Below the pieces are notes generated by a model. The model had not been told where the DNA came from. It searched no databases and worked only from the letters and a program-made list of their open reading frames with translations. A DNA stretch of 64,000 nt, taken from a virus. This document shows, one piece after another, positions 7,535-18,203 of this stretch. The stretch is from positions 32,001-96,000 of IMG/VR virus record IMGVR_UViG_3300021961_000038; one strand, written 5' to 3'. The number at the start of each line of letters is the position of its first letter. Within the stretch, counting starts at the first letter, position 1. Made by a program: the position numbers and the translations under genes.

Positions 7535-9311
7535 CTTCTATTACTTCCGTATCGTTGGAATATGATGTGAATCCGTTTTCCTTTATTACTTTTAATATAT
7601 TATTAACCCTGCTTGATAATTCGTCTTTGTGTGAAATTAGATAAATGTTTTTCTGTCTTTCACGTGCCATCTTCTTAAGAACAGCAATAGAACTTTCAAC
7701 ACCAGCGGCATCCATACCACTATCAATCAATTCGTCAATAAACAACAAATTAATACTGTGATATAGGCTTTCCCAAACGTCACGGAACGTCCAACTCAAT
7801 GATAAGATGAGTCTATTTCGTTCACCTCTGCTGAGGTTATCAAAGTCTAAGTCGCGTCCTAGTTCTGTAATTTCCACAGTTAAATCGTTCTGAAACACAA
7901 CCTGATGTGGTAATCCTAGTGTTTCTAAATAGTATTTTAATCTCTTGTTTAAGAAGTAAAGGTTCTGATCAATAATACGTTTACGTATAAACGAGTCTTT
8001 TGAAGTTAATAGTTTATATAAAAACTCCTGATGTTCCTTAATCTCAGTTAAGGAGTTCATATGATCCCAGGTTACCTGTTGCAATGCTGTATTTTGAAGT
8101 TCTGTCATCTGTTCAGCATAAGGGTTAACCTCAGTTTCCTTTTCTTGTTTTCTTTCTTGTAAACTTTTTAGATTATTTTTATGATTATATGCTTCTTCGG
8201 CCGCATCATAATATGTTGTAGGCTTGCCGTTGATATCTCCAATGTCGTCAATCTTGGTTTGAACAGCCAAAGTTTCGCCAACAACACCGTCATGGTATTG
8301 TTTACTTTCGTTGTAATCGTTTTGCTTTAGTGCAAGTAGGTCTTGATGTGCTTTGTCATGTAATTCTTGACCACAAGCATAACATTTCTTTTCTTGAACC
8401 TCTTCTAAATCTTTTTCATAACGTTTTAATTGTCTTTCTGCTCTAATCAATGTGCTTTCAAGACTTGCTTTTTCTTTTTGCAAAGATGTTAGTTCGTTAT
8501 TTTTTGTATTCCATTCTTCTGCAAGTTTATGATTGTTAATTTCTTTTTCAATATCAACTTGTTCAAGTTCTGTAATAGCACGGGATAGTTTATTGATTTC
8601 ATCAATCCTTGAACTACCCCATGCTTTACTTTTAATCTCCAAGTTATCAATTGATTCTTGGACTTTCTGATTTGCAGATTCAATTGAACGAATTTTAGCA
8701 TCTTCGGCCGTGATTTCATCACGAACGACTTTCATTTGTTCTTTTAGTTTTTCTGCTTTTTCAGATAAGATGGTGATACCTAACAGTTGCTCAATAATTT
8801 CTCGTTGAGCGTTCGGATTTAAGGAAAGGAAAGGCTCCGTATATGTGTTAAGTGCCACCAAATGCTTGAACATGGTATGACTCATACCAAGTAATCTATC
8901 AATTTCTTCTTGTGTTTTACGTGAATCACCCTGTGATTCGTCGATGTCATCTGCTATTTGTTCGTTGTCTTCAATGTAAAACTTTAATAAATTCTTTTTA
9001 CGGCCTCTTTCAATTCTATAACTCTTGCCGTTAACTTGAAATTCAACAGTAACCAACATATCTTTGCCGTTGGTTTTGTTTACTAGATTGTCTTTCCTAA
9101 TTTTTGTAAGTGCTTCACCGTAAAATGCATAACTTATTGCATTAATAATTGTAGTTTTACCAGTACCGTTACGTGACCCAGCATCATCACCACCTAGATC
9201 CATGTTTTCACCTAGTACAAGTGTTAAATGATCTCTATCAAAGTCAACGGCTTGGGTAGAATTACCCACACTCATAAAGTTTTTAACTGTAATTGTTTTA
9301 ATTTTAAACAT
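7524..9311 (-). CDS. gp46: recombination endonuclease ATPase subunit (gp46; Rad50/SbcC-like)
   Basis: KNFMSVGN, Walker A NGTGKTT, coiled coil with CYACG zinc hook, LSRGE signature, Walker B LLFIDE, ISH. Confidence 0.95.
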   Translation of the reverse strand: MFKIKTITVKNFMSVGNSTQAVDFDRDHLTLVLGENMDLGGDDAGSRNGTGKTTIINAISYAFYGEALTKIRKDNLVNKTNGKDMLVTVEFQVNGKSYRIERGRKKNLLKFYIEDNEQIADDIDESQGDSRKTQEEIDRLLGMSHTMFKHLVALNTYTEPFLSLNPNAQREIIEQLLGITILSEKAEKLKEQMKVVRDEITAEDAKIRSIESANQKVQESIDNLEIKSKAWGSSRIDEINKLSRAITELEQVDIEKEINNHKLAEEWNTKNNELTSLQKEKASLESTLIRAERQLKRYEKDLEEVQEKKCYACGQELHDKAHQDLLALKQNDYNESKQYHDGVVGETLAVQTKIDDIGDINGKPTTYYDAAEEAYNHKNNLKSLQERKQEKETEVNPYAEQMTELQNTALQQVTWDHMNSLTEIKEHQEFLYKLLTSKDSFIRKRIIDQNLYFLNKRLKYYLETLGLPHQVVFQNDLTVEITELGRDLDFDNLSRGERNRLILSLSWTFRDVWESLYHSINLLFIDELIDSGMDAAGVESSIAVLKKMARERQKNIYLISHKDELSSRVNNILKVIKENGFTSYSNDTEVIEDVK

Positions 9312-10333
9312 TATAAGTTCCTATACAAGTCTAATAATAGACTGCTCTTGAAGTTTTCACTAGAAATTTTAGTAATTTGTTCAGTTACAATTTGATCAAC
9401 GCTTTCAAACTCAACATCTCCTCGATCGGTACTTAAATCACTATCTTGATTTTCTGTATCGGGTAGTAAACTAATTTCTCTTAGATTATACTGTTTAGAA
9501 AACGTTTCTTTCATAAATGTAGCCTCTTCATATGATACATCAATATCTAATACAACACGAATATACAAGTTTTTAGGACTCAGTAATGTATCTGTTTCGT
9601 GCAACAGGTTAGAAAGTTTCATAGTTCTATACTTTGGACAGTCAGGCCAATCAACAAACTGTGGTTGTCCTCCCCATTCTAGTATCATCATACCGCGTTC
9701 ATCGTCCCAAGCATCGGCGTAGTTGTGTGGAAAGGCATTGCCGATGTACCAAATATTTTTATTATTTTGTCTTTTATGGAAGTGACCACTGAATACAAGT
9801 TCTTGATTAGTAAAATCGTCCGCTTTGATTTCGCCTGTGTCAGGCATATCAACCATGGCATTCATTTTAAAGTGTGGAAGTTCAAAGTGTCCAAACATAT
9901 ATTTGCATTTCATTTTAGAAACTTTCTTCCATTCTTCACCAACCAACCAAGGAATCAATGCAACATTGTCAATTAACATTGGTTCGTTGACCACAGTGAC
10001 GCCGGGTACGTGTTTACCAAATACCACAGAATGAATTTCACGCTTGTCTTTGTAATACAAATCGTGATTGCCCGGAAAGAAATAAAACTTTTTAAAAGCC
10101 GCACCAAGTTTTTCCAGCGATCTCAAACTAGCATCCATGGTGGTTAGATTTAACGCACTTCTATTATGATGCCAATCGCCGGTGAATATACCAACATCAC
10201 AGCCATTTGCTTTTGCTTGTTCAATATACCAATCAACAAATGCTTCACAATCGTCGTTGTGAATTTTACTATTGGACTTCAAACCAAAGTGTATGTCCGT
10301 GAAAACAGCCGCTTTTTCGAATAAATTTGCCAT
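9311..10333 (-). CDS. gp47: recombination endonuclease nuclease subunit (gp47; Mre11/SbcD-like)
   Basis: Metallophosphoesterase motifs DIHFG, GDWHH, GNHD, GHFE, SGHFH; adjacent to gp46. Confidence 0.95.
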   Translation of the reverse strand: MANLFEKAAVFTDIHFGLKSNSKIHNDDCEAFVDWYIEQAKANGCDVGIFTGDWHHNRSALNLTTMDASLRSLEKLGAAFKKFYFFPGNHDLYYKDKREIHSVVFGKHVPGVTVVNEPMLIDNVALIPWLVGEEWKKVSKMKCKYMFGHFELPHFKMNAMVDMPDTGEIKADDFTNQELVFSGHFHKRQNNKNIWYIGNAFPHNYADAWDDERGMMILEWGGQPQFVDWPDCPKYRTMKLSNLLHETDTLLSPKNLYIRVVLDIDVSYEEATFMKETFSKQYNLREISLLPDTENQDSDLSTDRGDVEFESVDQIVTEQITKISSENFKSSLLLDLYRNL

Positions 10334-10353
10334 GCCTCTCCTTATACTATAAA

Positions 10354-10383
10354 ATTATAGCACTCTTTAATTGTATTTGTCAA
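10354..10383 (-). promoter_or_regulatory. sigma70-type promoter for gp47/gp46
   Basis: TTGACA-N18-TATAAT with extended TG on the minus strand. Confidence 0.7.
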
Positions 10384-10385
10384 CC

Positions 10386-11240
10386 TTAATAATCAGCCTT
10401 TGGGCGTCTCATAGTTTTATAGAACTCGGCTAATTTTTCCTTGTCCTCTTTAAAATATTCTTCATTCTGTCTTGTAAATGAAGGGTTCAAACCATTTTCC
10501 TGAAGGATGTCATCACGTATGCTTTGATTTTTCTTTTCAATGTTTAGCACACGAGTGAATGAGTTTGTAACTGCCGCCGTGTAGTAAGCAAATGGATTTT
10601 CTGATTTACTCTCATCAAATTGCAATCCAATCTGCGAAAGTTGTAGCACAGCCTGAGATCTCATTTCATCATTGTAGGTATAACCACGCCAATTGCTTCT
10701 TGTTCCATAACGATCAGCAAGTTTTAAAAACATCATACCTAGGTTTTCTGTAATTCGTCCATGTTCTTTGCTAAATGCACCATTAACCATACCGCCTTTC
10801 CAATGACTTTTACCAACACAAATTAAATTGTCCTGATCATTATATTTCCAATGTTGAAATGGTGGAAAGTTAACTTTGGTATGTTTATCTGCTACACTTT
10901 TTGTTTTACGTTTACGACCGGGTTCTTCTGGAACATGATCAAAGGTCATAACCCTAAAAATTAAATCAGTTTTTTCAATCTTTTTCCAATCCGGAGTAAC
11001 TTCTGCTAATTTTGTCTTTTTGTCGCCGGATTCTCTGGCTTGTTCATATGCTTGTTTTCCAATACGATCTGCACGATTACGCTTGGCTTGTGCAACAGTA
11101 AGTCTGTTCACCTTATCCAAACCACTTAAGATAATGTCATAAGTAGAGTAAGCATCATCAGTAAAAGAACTGAACGAATTTTTAGACTTATGTATTTCTT
11201 TGAGCAGATCTCTATTGTTAAGATACTTTACTCTTTTCAT
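10386..11240 (-). CDS. gp55: late transcription sigma factor, T4 gp55-like (enlarged)
   Basis: YLNNRDLL N-terminus; NWRGYTYNDEM...FD..KS.NPFAYYT....NSF.R....EKK; same 55-47-46 order as T4. Confidence 0.85.
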   Translation of the reverse strand: MKRVKYLNNRDLLKEIHKSKNSFSSFTDDAYSTYDIILSGLDKVNRLTVAQAKRNRADRIGKQAYEQARESGDKKTKLAEVTPDWKKIEKTDLIFRVMTFDHVPEEPGRKRKTKSVADKHTKVNFPPFQHWKYNDQDNLICVGKSHWKGGMVNGAFSKEHGRITENLGMMFLKLADRYGTRSNWRGYTYNDEMRSQAVLQLSQIGLQFDESKSENPFAYYTAAVTNSFTRVLNIEKKNQSIRDDILQENGLNPSFTRQNEEYFKEDKEKLAEFYKTMRRPKADY

Positions 11241-11290
11241 ATATTTCTCCTATAATAAGTACTATTATAAACTACGCAGTTAATAAATGC

Positions 11291-11298
11291 AATAAATA
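11291..11298 (+). promoter_or_regulatory. late promoter (AATAAATA) heading the baseplate operon
   Basis: TAAATA box in the divergent intergenic region upstream of 11325. Confidence 0.6.
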
Positions 11299-11324
11299 TT
11301 TGTAACAAAAGGAACCAAAAAGTT

Positions 11325-12170
11325 ATGGATAGAGAAAAAGATTTAGCCAATCGTACATTTAACGATAAAGTCCAAGCCAACCAGATTAACGGAAATGGTG
11401 ACGCAGGAACCACCATTGCTGGCACCGGAGGGAACGTTGGAGGTGCTGTAACAGGGTTCCTTGGTAATGTTGCAGGTTCGGCCATAGAAGCAACTGGATT
11501 AAGTCCAGCAATTGGTAGACTTGCAGGCCTATTAAAAGGAGGCAAACAAGAAGAAGCAGGACCTGTTATGCCTAATACTGCTTTTACCGATGATTTTAGA
11601 GTCAAAATTAAAATTCCAGTGTTATATTTGCAAGGACCAGCACAGCGTTTGCAAGAAATTGGAGATAATGCTGTTGTGTTTCCTTATACTCCACAAATAG
11701 TTTTACAATCAAGAGCAAACTATACGCCTATCCATCCTACACACAGTAATTATGCCTTCTATGCTTACCAGAACTCACAAATTGACGCTATATCAATAGT
11801 AGGAACATTTACAGCACAGAATCAAGGTGATGCAAAAACAGTTATGGGTGCCATACACGCACTTAGAACTGTAACAAAAATGCATTTTGGCTCCAGTGAC
11901 TTTGCAGGTGCTCCACCTCCTGTTTGTAGATTGCACGGTTATGGTGATTATGTTTTTAATAATATGCCTGTTGTAATTTCAAGTTTCTTTTATACCATGA
12001 ACGATGACGTAGATTATATTGCTGTTGAAATTGACGGAGCAAGTGTAATGGTTCCATCACGTTCAGAATTTACAGTTGAATGTTTACCAGCATTTTCTAG
12101 AAGAGATCAAGCAACTTGGTCCATTAATGCATTCGCCAAAGGCGGATTAAAAGGCAAAGGATTTATATAA
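11325..12170 (+). CDS. baseplate/tail-tube initiator-like protein (gp48/gp54-like)
   Basis: VFPYTPQI, GAPPPVCRL.GYG....NMPVVISSF motifs typical of tube-fold baseplate proteins; first gene of the baseplate operon. Confidence 0.6.
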   Translation: MDREKDLANRTFNDKVQANQINGNGDAGTTIAGTGGNVGGAVTGFLGNVAGSAIEATGLSPAIGRLAGLLKGGKQEEAGPVMPNTAFTDDFRVKIKIPVLYLQGPAQRLQEIGDNAVVFPYTPQIVLQSRANYTPIHPTHSNYAFYAYQNSQIDAISIVGTFTAQNQGDAKTVMGAIHALRTVTKMHFGSSDFAGAPPPVCRLHGYGDYVFNNMPVVISSFFYTMNDDVDYIAVEIDGASVMVPSRSEFTVECLPAFSRRDQATWSINAFAKGGLKGKGFI

Positions 12171-12171
12171 A

Positions 12172-12474
12172 ATGGCTCTCTATTCTAAAACAAGTTTATA
12201 TTCAACAACACTACAAAGAAACAGTGCCCTGGGTGTGCTAGATTATATTGAAATACCTAAAAAGGACACAGATGTTGCATATACTATTTTACCTCAATAT
12301 AATTACAGACCAGATCTGTTAGCAAGTGACTTGTATGATGATCCTAATCTATGGTGGGTGTTTAAAAATCGAAATCCATCGGAGATAGATGATCCTATTT
12401 TTGATTTTGTTGCAGGTACAGTTATCAGGATTCCAACAATCGACGCAATTAGACAAGTAGTCGGAGGAGCATAA
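12172..12474 (+). CDS. gp53: baseplate wedge protein, gp53-like (LysM-like)
   Basis: YRPDLLASDLY.DPNLWWVF...N....DP...F..G..IRIP. Confidence 0.8.
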   Translation: MALYSKTSLYSTTLQRNSALGVLDYIEIPKKDTDVAYTILPQYNYRPDLLASDLYDDPNLWWVFKNRNPSEIDDPIFDFVAGTVIRIPTIDAIRQVVGGA

Positions 12475-15400
12475 TGTCTCAAAAAGTTGCAGGTGCTTCG
12501 GGCAGAACTAAAGATGCAGGCTTCATCGACAAAGCCAACAGTGTTGGAACCGCCAAAGGAAAAACAGGAGTAGTTACAGGTGCTTCTAAATCTGTAGGAA
12601 CAATGACAAATGTTCAAACAAATACAGGTGAAGCAATCAGTATGCCAAAGTCTATCAAGGTAGACAATCGAAATCCATTCGGAACAAAATCATTTACCGA
12701 CGAAGAAACAGGAGAAACAATCACAACCGACCGCGATGTCCATATGGCAGACTTTGATATGGAAATGAAGGGAGGTTATAATGTTCTTCACAATTATAAT
12801 TTGTACAATTATGTTATAACTCTATCAAGTTTAAGTAATTTAGAGGTTAAAGATCCTTCATCATATAAAAAAGGCGGCGTCGAAGGTGCCGATAGATTTA
12901 TTATATCACGTTCCGGCGGTTATGCAAGATCCAATGAAGCCACTGTCAATGTTGACTTGTCAGTTGATGGCAACACTGTATGGTATAGAGATAACAATCA
13001 TTTTAAAGACAGCGGCAATCGTCACCTTGATCTTTTTATAGACAATGTACAATTTAAAACCTTTATGGGAATAAATGGTCCTACCGGAAGTAATATGACC
13101 TCAGGATCTTTTGAAATTACAGAACCACACGGAGTGGGAGGGTTTTATGAGGCGTTATATAGTGCGGCAAAGTTTTCAGGACATAAAAGTTATTTGGCGG
13201 CACCCTTTTTATTAACAATTGAATTTATTGGAAGAAAGACCCAACTGAATTCTGGTGATATAACAACACTAGAAAATGTTCCAAGATCAACAAGACACTT
13301 TCCAATAATGATCACAAAAAGTAATATGAAAGTTGATGCGGGAGGTGCCAAATATAACGTAGAATTTGTTTCTAGAAGCCATCAAGAAGCAAACAAAGCC
13401 ACGGTAACACAGTTAAAAGACAACATCAATGGTCCTGGAACAGTAAAACAAACGGTTGGCTTGGTATTATATGATTTATTTTTGAAACTTAATTTCCAAG
13501 AAAACAAAAGAATGGACGACGCCAAAGGCGAAAGTGCATTAGGATTTAAAAAACCTCAACAGGTTGACGAAAAAGTAAAAGCATCACGTGAGGCCGCGGC
13601 CACTGCCGCCAAGGATGCCGGTTTAATAGTTCAACCTTTTCTAGAGCATAAATGGTGTGTATGGTTCCCTGAAGCATATCCTAACGAGGAGTTTTCGTTA
13701 AAGGGATTAAGTTATGAAACTTGGATTACAGCAGAAATTGATATGCTTAACATAAAAGAAAAAACATACAATCAATATAACAGTAAGGAAAATCAATTAA
13801 AATTTGAAATGGCATACAAAAATAAATTCAGTGACTCTCCTATGAGAGAAGATGAATTTACATACTCTGGTCATTTTGAAGTACCTGATATTGAAAACTT
13901 TGTTGAAGAACAAAAGAACGTTGTTGATAAAGACCTTGCTCCTAAATTAAAAGTTGCCCAGGATGAAGCAACACTGGCAAAAACATCTATTGCAAAATTA
14001 GAAGAAGAAATAGACGAAGAAAGTAAAAAAACAGGATTTAGTATTAAAATGGATGTAGAACCAGAAGGTGAAGGCAGTTACTATTACATTGGTAATGATC
14101 CTGAAGCCGTACTTGCAGGTTCAAAAGGAAGTCAATACACAATATCCGATCCCGGAGATGTAAAACAACCAACAGTGTACGAAGCACGAGAAAAATTACA
14201 ACAATTAATTGATAAACTTAATAAAGAAAGAGAAAGATTAAACAAAGCGGAAAGAGATATTAGAAGTTTAGAAAGCAGATACAAAACTATTAAAGAGAGC
14301 GTCAACACACAAACAACGCAAAAATACAAACGTTACGGTGACAATGCTAAAACTTGGAACTGGAAAAAAGGATCAACATTAGATTCAAATATTCATATGA
14401 CTATATTAGATAGTTCATATGCTACACTATTGCAAAAATCAGGTGAAGTGTTAAACAAAATTAAAACATCTCACTACATACCTTGGTATAAAATTGAAAA
14501 ATATGCTGTACAGCGTGGATACGACACTTATTATAATCAACCTGTTTATACATTTCATTATTGTATTGTTCCTTATGAACTACATTACAGCAAGATAGCC
14601 GCACAGTACGGAATCGCTGGTGCATATAACTATGATAAAGCATACAAAAATGCTGTAAGAGAATACAATTATATTTTTACTGGAAAAAATATTGATGTAC
14701 TAAATTTTGATTTAGAATATAATAATTTATTTTTTCAAGCAAGTACAAAAGCAGAGGATCAACAAGCAAAAGGTGAGACAGCACCACAGGCAGAAGAAAA
14801 ACCAAAACCGGTTTATAATACAGAGCCATTAAAATCTATTTTTGCTGAACTTAACATGGTTACTGGCGGTGCCGGTGCGGCATCACAAGAGATGGCGGCC
14901 ACAGGAGGAAATAGTGCTAGTGGAATGCCGGCTGATAGCGGAACACAAATTGCAAAAATATTGCATGACAGTTTATACAATGCAACTGAAAAAGGTTTAT
15001 TAAATGCACAATTACAAATTATTGGAGACCCTGTTTATCTAATTGGTTCGGGAATAGATGCTAGACCGCAACTAACAGGACAAAACAGTGAAACAATTGA
15101 AGGAGAGGCAAATATTTTTAGTAGAGAGTGTGACATTATTTTTAATTTTAGATTTCCCGGCGATTATCCAACGGCTAATGAACTTGCTGGAGGGTCGAAG
15201 TTTGTTGCTATGCCTCAACAGTCAAGATACAGCGGTTTATATCAAGTAGCCACAGTTGAAAATTTTTTAGGCGGAGGCGAATTTAAACAAACACTACAAC
15301 TATTAAGACGACCTAATCAAAAATCTGATTACGCACAACCTGTTGAAGAAGCAACAGTTCAATTAGATGAAGTTAAAAATCCTTTACTGGATAAAGGTGA

Positions 15401-15782
15401 TCCTGCACAACAAGATAAGATGGGAGAAAAACCTGTTACAGAATTAAAAGGAAAATCAGATCGTATAAGTCAAGAAGAACTTGCAAAAGCATCTGAAGTT
15501 GGACCTTTAAAAGCAACAGGAAACTTTATATCAAAAACAGCAACCGAGATTGGTAGCGGAATAAGTCAGGTTGCTGGAGGTGTTGGTACTGTTATTACCG
15601 GCGTAGGCGGAGCAATTACAGGAACAATAGGTCAGATTGTTAATACAGTCAAAGGTGCTGGTAGTAATGTAGAAGGACAAATAACTAGTGTAACAGGAAA
15701 AAATGTTTCCGGTGGAAACACAACAACAAGTCTTGTTGATAAAGCAAAATCAGTCGAAAACACAACTGGAGGACCTAGATAA
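12474..15782 (+). CDS. large baseplate hub protein (gp27-like) with insertions
   Basis: Lies between gp53-like and gp5-like genes; C-terminal L.IIGDP.YL and YSGLYQV..VEN...GG.FKQTL.L.R motifs typical of hub proteins. Confidence 0.6.
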   Translation: MSQKVAGASGRTKDAGFIDKANSVGTAKGKTGVVTGASKSVGTMTNVQTNTGEAISMPKSIKVDNRNPFGTKSFTDEETGETITTDRDVHMADFDMEMKGGYNVLHNYNLYNYVITLSSLSNLEVKDPSSYKKGGVEGADRFIISRSGGYARSNEATVNVDLSVDGNTVWYRDNNHFKDSGNRHLDLFIDNVQFKTFMGINGPTGSNMTSGSFEITEPHGVGGFYEALYSAAKFSGHKSYLAAPFLLTIEFIGRKTQLNSGDITTLENVPRSTRHFPIMITKSNMKVDAGGAKYNVEFVSRSHQEANKATVTQLKDNINGPGTVKQTVGLVLYDLFLKLNFQENKRMDDAKGESALGFKKPQQVDEKVKASREAAATAAKDAGLIVQPFLEHKWCVWFPEAYPNEEFSLKGLSYETWITAEIDMLNIKEKTYNQYNSKENQLKFEMAYKNKFSDSPMREDEFTYSGHFEVPDIENFVEEQKNVVDKDLAPKLKVAQDEATLAKTSIAKLEEEIDEESKKTGFSIKMDVEPEGEGSYYYIGNDPEAVLAGSKGSQYTISDPGDVKQPTVYEAREKLQQLIDKLNKERERLNKAERDIRSLESRYKTIKESVNTQTTQKYKRYGDNAKTWNWKKGSTLDSNIHMTILDSSYATLLQKSGEVLNKIKTSHYIPWYKIEKYAVQRGYDTYYNQPVYTFHYCIVPYELHYSKIAAQYGIAGAYNYDKAYKNAVREYNYIFTGKNIDVLNFDLEYNNLFFQASTKAEDQQAKGETAPQAEEKPKPVYNTEPLKSIFAELNMVTGGAGAASQEMAATGGNSASGMPADSGTQIAKILHDSLYNATEKGLLNAQLQIIGDPVYLIGSGIDARPQLTGQNSETIEGEANIFSRECDIIFNFRFPGDYPTANELAGGSKFVAMPQQSRYSGLYQVATVENFLGGGEFKQTLQLLRRPNQKSDYAQPVEEATVQLDEVKNPLLDKGDPAQQDKMGEKPVTELKGKSDRISQEELAKASEVGPLKATGNFISKTATEIGSGISQVAGGVGTVITGVGGAITGTIGQIVNTVKGAGSNVEGQITSVTGKNVSGGNTTTSLVDKAKSVENTTGGPR

Positions 15783-17710
15783 TGCCATTTTATGATAAAG
15801 GAGCAAAGTCAGGAAAAGTATCAGCGGCTAGAGTTTCTCGTCAGGAAAACAAACAAAAACTAACTGATAGTCCTATACTAATAGGTGTTGTTGAGTCAAC
15901 GACAGACTTTACAAAAACTGGAACTTTTAGAGTAAGTTTATTTTCAACATCAAAACAAACTGATAGAACACAAGCAATAGGACAAGCATCTGTTAGGATG
16001 TTATTTCCTTTTTATAGTTTAAAAGATTATAGAAATTCCGGGGACAATCCTCAACGCTTTGGTGACACACAACAAGCATATGGAATGGTGTTTCCAGCAC
16101 CACAAATAGGAACCAAAGGAATAGTGTTATGTGTAGATGGTAACACATCTAATGCTTATTGGTGCGGATACTTACATGAAGAGGGAATGAATCATGCACT
16201 ACCAGATTATGCTAACTCAACAAGTATTACTGCTGACAATCAAACATATAATTCTTATAGTTCTGCAACAGGATTACCTGCAGGTGAATACCTAAAAAAA
16301 CAAGCAGTCGGACAAGTTGCAAACGGCGACGAAAGAAGACCAATTCATCCTTTTGCAGATGTGTTGCGTTCTCAAGGATTATTAGTTGACACTATTAGAG
16401 GTTCAACAACATCAAGTTTTTCTAGAGACACATCGAACAGAATGTTTGGTATTAACACACCAGGTGCATTAAGTAATGATCCTTTTGATAAAAAATTAGT
16501 AGGACCAAACAAAACAAAATTTAAAGTTACTCCTATGGGAGGCCATGTTTTTGTAATGGATGATGGTGATGAACAAGGTCTTAATAATTTAGTAAGATTG
16601 CGTTCTAGAAGTGGCCATCAAATTTTATTGCATGATACAGATGATTTAATCTATATTGGTAATGCTAAAGGAACAGCGTGGATTGAATTGACAGCAGATG
16701 GAAAGATAGATGTATTTGCATCAGACAGTGTTAGTATTCATTCTAAAGCAGACTTTAATTTTGTTGCTGATAGAGATATTAATTTTGAAGCAAAAAGAAA
16801 TATTAATTACAAAGCCGCAAATAGATTTTATATGGAAGGCAGTAAACTAAGATTACTTGCAAGAAATGATGCAACTATTGAGGTTAGAGGAACTGTCGAC
16901 TTACGTGCAACAGATACAAGGATAGACATTAATAATCTACACCTAAACACACTTAATACTGATTGGGTCAATAGACATAAACTGAGAATGAAATCAGCAA
17001 ACTTTGATTTATCCGCAGTTAACACAGCAAGAATTACCGCTTCTGAAAATATTGATCTAAGTGCAAACACACCTCAAACTTTTGCTACGGATCATGTAAT
17101 AGGTAGAGTTTATCATCCTGGTTACCAAGTTATAGGAGAAGGTTACAGTGGGTTTGGTATCTATCAGTGTACAGACAGAAATATCAAATATCCTGAAAGA
17201 ACAGTTATTAATCCTAATGATGATGGTGCGGCAGATTTCTGGGAAGTTGTTCCTTGGGAAGAATCATTTACAGTAACAAATGAAGGAACACCAAGATATG
17301 ACATAAGATTAGATTCTTCAGGAGCAGTACCAGGACAAATACATATGTTAACCAACGGACAAATTTATGTTTCTACAGATGACAATATTAATGTAAAAAC
17401 TCCGGCAACAGTTTACATTGATGGAACACAAGCAGTGCATTTAAATTTACCAGGTGCCATTGATGCATCGGCGGCACTATCGGCTAGTGAAGCGTTAGCA
17501 ACGCCAGGTAAGCCAACACAAGATTTACCTGTGTGGTCTAATCCTAATACAGATCCAACAGCAAAATGGGACGAATTTAATTGGTATAAAGTTCCTGAAA
17601 CATTTGACATTGTTAAGAGAAAACCTGTGCATGAACCTTGGGTAAATCACGAAAACATATCCAAGTCTAGAAGTTCTACATCAAGCACAGACAGAGATTC
17701 GGGCAATTAA
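15782..17710 (+). CDS. baseplate central spike (gp5/VgrG-like), no lysozyme domain seen
   Basis: OB-fold-like N-terminus (YGM...P.IGT), GHVFVMDD, RLRSRSGHQILLHDT, beta-helix-like repeats, C-terminal PVHEPW..HE. Confidence 0.75.
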   Translation: MPFYDKGAKSGKVSAARVSRQENKQKLTDSPILIGVVESTTDFTKTGTFRVSLFSTSKQTDRTQAIGQASVRMLFPFYSLKDYRNSGDNPQRFGDTQQAYGMVFPAPQIGTKGIVLCVDGNTSNAYWCGYLHEEGMNHALPDYANSTSITADNQTYNSYSSATGLPAGEYLKKQAVGQVANGDERRPIHPFADVLRSQGLLVDTIRGSTTSSFSRDTSNRMFGINTPGALSNDPFDKKLVGPNKTKFKVTPMGGHVFVMDDGDEQGLNNLVRLRSRSGHQILLHDTDDLIYIGNAKGTAWIELTADGKIDVFASDSVSIHSKADFNFVADRDINFEAKRNINYKAANRFYMEGSKLRLLARNDATIEVRGTVDLRATDTRIDINNLHLNTLNTDWVNRHKLRMKSANFDLSAVNTARITASENIDLSANTPQTFATDHVIGRVYHPGYQVIGEGYSGFGIYQCTDRNIKYPERTVINPNDDGAADFWEVVPWEESFTVTNEGTPRYDIRLDSSGAVPGQIHMLTNGQIYVSTDDNINVKTPATVYIDGTQAVHLNLPGAIDASAALSASEALATPGKPTQDLPVWSNPNTDPTAKWDEFNWYKVPETFDIVKRKPVHEPWVNHENISKSRSSTSSTDRDSGN

Positions 17711-17730
17711 TATAGGGGTTAAATACAAGC

Positions 17731-18171
17731 ATGGCAAGATACAATGATATAAGAATTAAACCAAACCCAAATACGCTTGGTAACCAAGGCAGTAGAACCC
17801 AGGTTTACCGAGGCGTCAGCACGGTTAATCCTGATAACAGGAGTTTTACTACATATGATATTAATCTTATCAAGCAGGATATTATTAATCACTTTCATAT
17901 ACGCAAGGGTGAAAAGATTTATAATCCAGAATTTGGAACAATTATTTGGAACATTTTATTTGAGCCATTTACAAACGTTGTTAAAGAGGCAGTAGCGAAT
18001 GATGTTGCTGACATTTTAAACAGCGAACCAAGAATTACAGTAGATAGTTTAAACATAGTTGAAAAGGACTACGGACTTCAAATTTTAGCGTCTGTAACCT
18101 ATAAAACTTACAACATAAGTGAAACTTTACAGTTAAATTTTGACAGAGACAATGGGCTCATCTCGAATTAA
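17731..18171 (+). CDS. gp25: baseplate wedge protein, gp25-like
   Basis: LIKQDIINHF..RKGEK...PEFGT.IW..LFEP and EPRI. Confidence 0.9.
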   Translation: MARYNDIRIKPNPNTLGNQGSRTQVYRGVSTVNPDNRSFTTYDINLIKQDIINHFHIRKGEKIYNPEFGTIIWNILFEPFTNVVKEAVANDVADILNSEPRITVDSLNIVEKDYGLQILASVTYKTYNISETLQLNFDRDNGLISN

Positions 18172-18203
18172 CTGGGTAGTTAAAGATAAAGGTAAATATT
18201 GCT

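Noticed and set aside
11237-11605. 122-aa minus-strand ORF upstream of gp55
   Set aside because: Antisense to the Gly-rich N-terminus of the baseplate gene and spans the promoter region; likely spurious.
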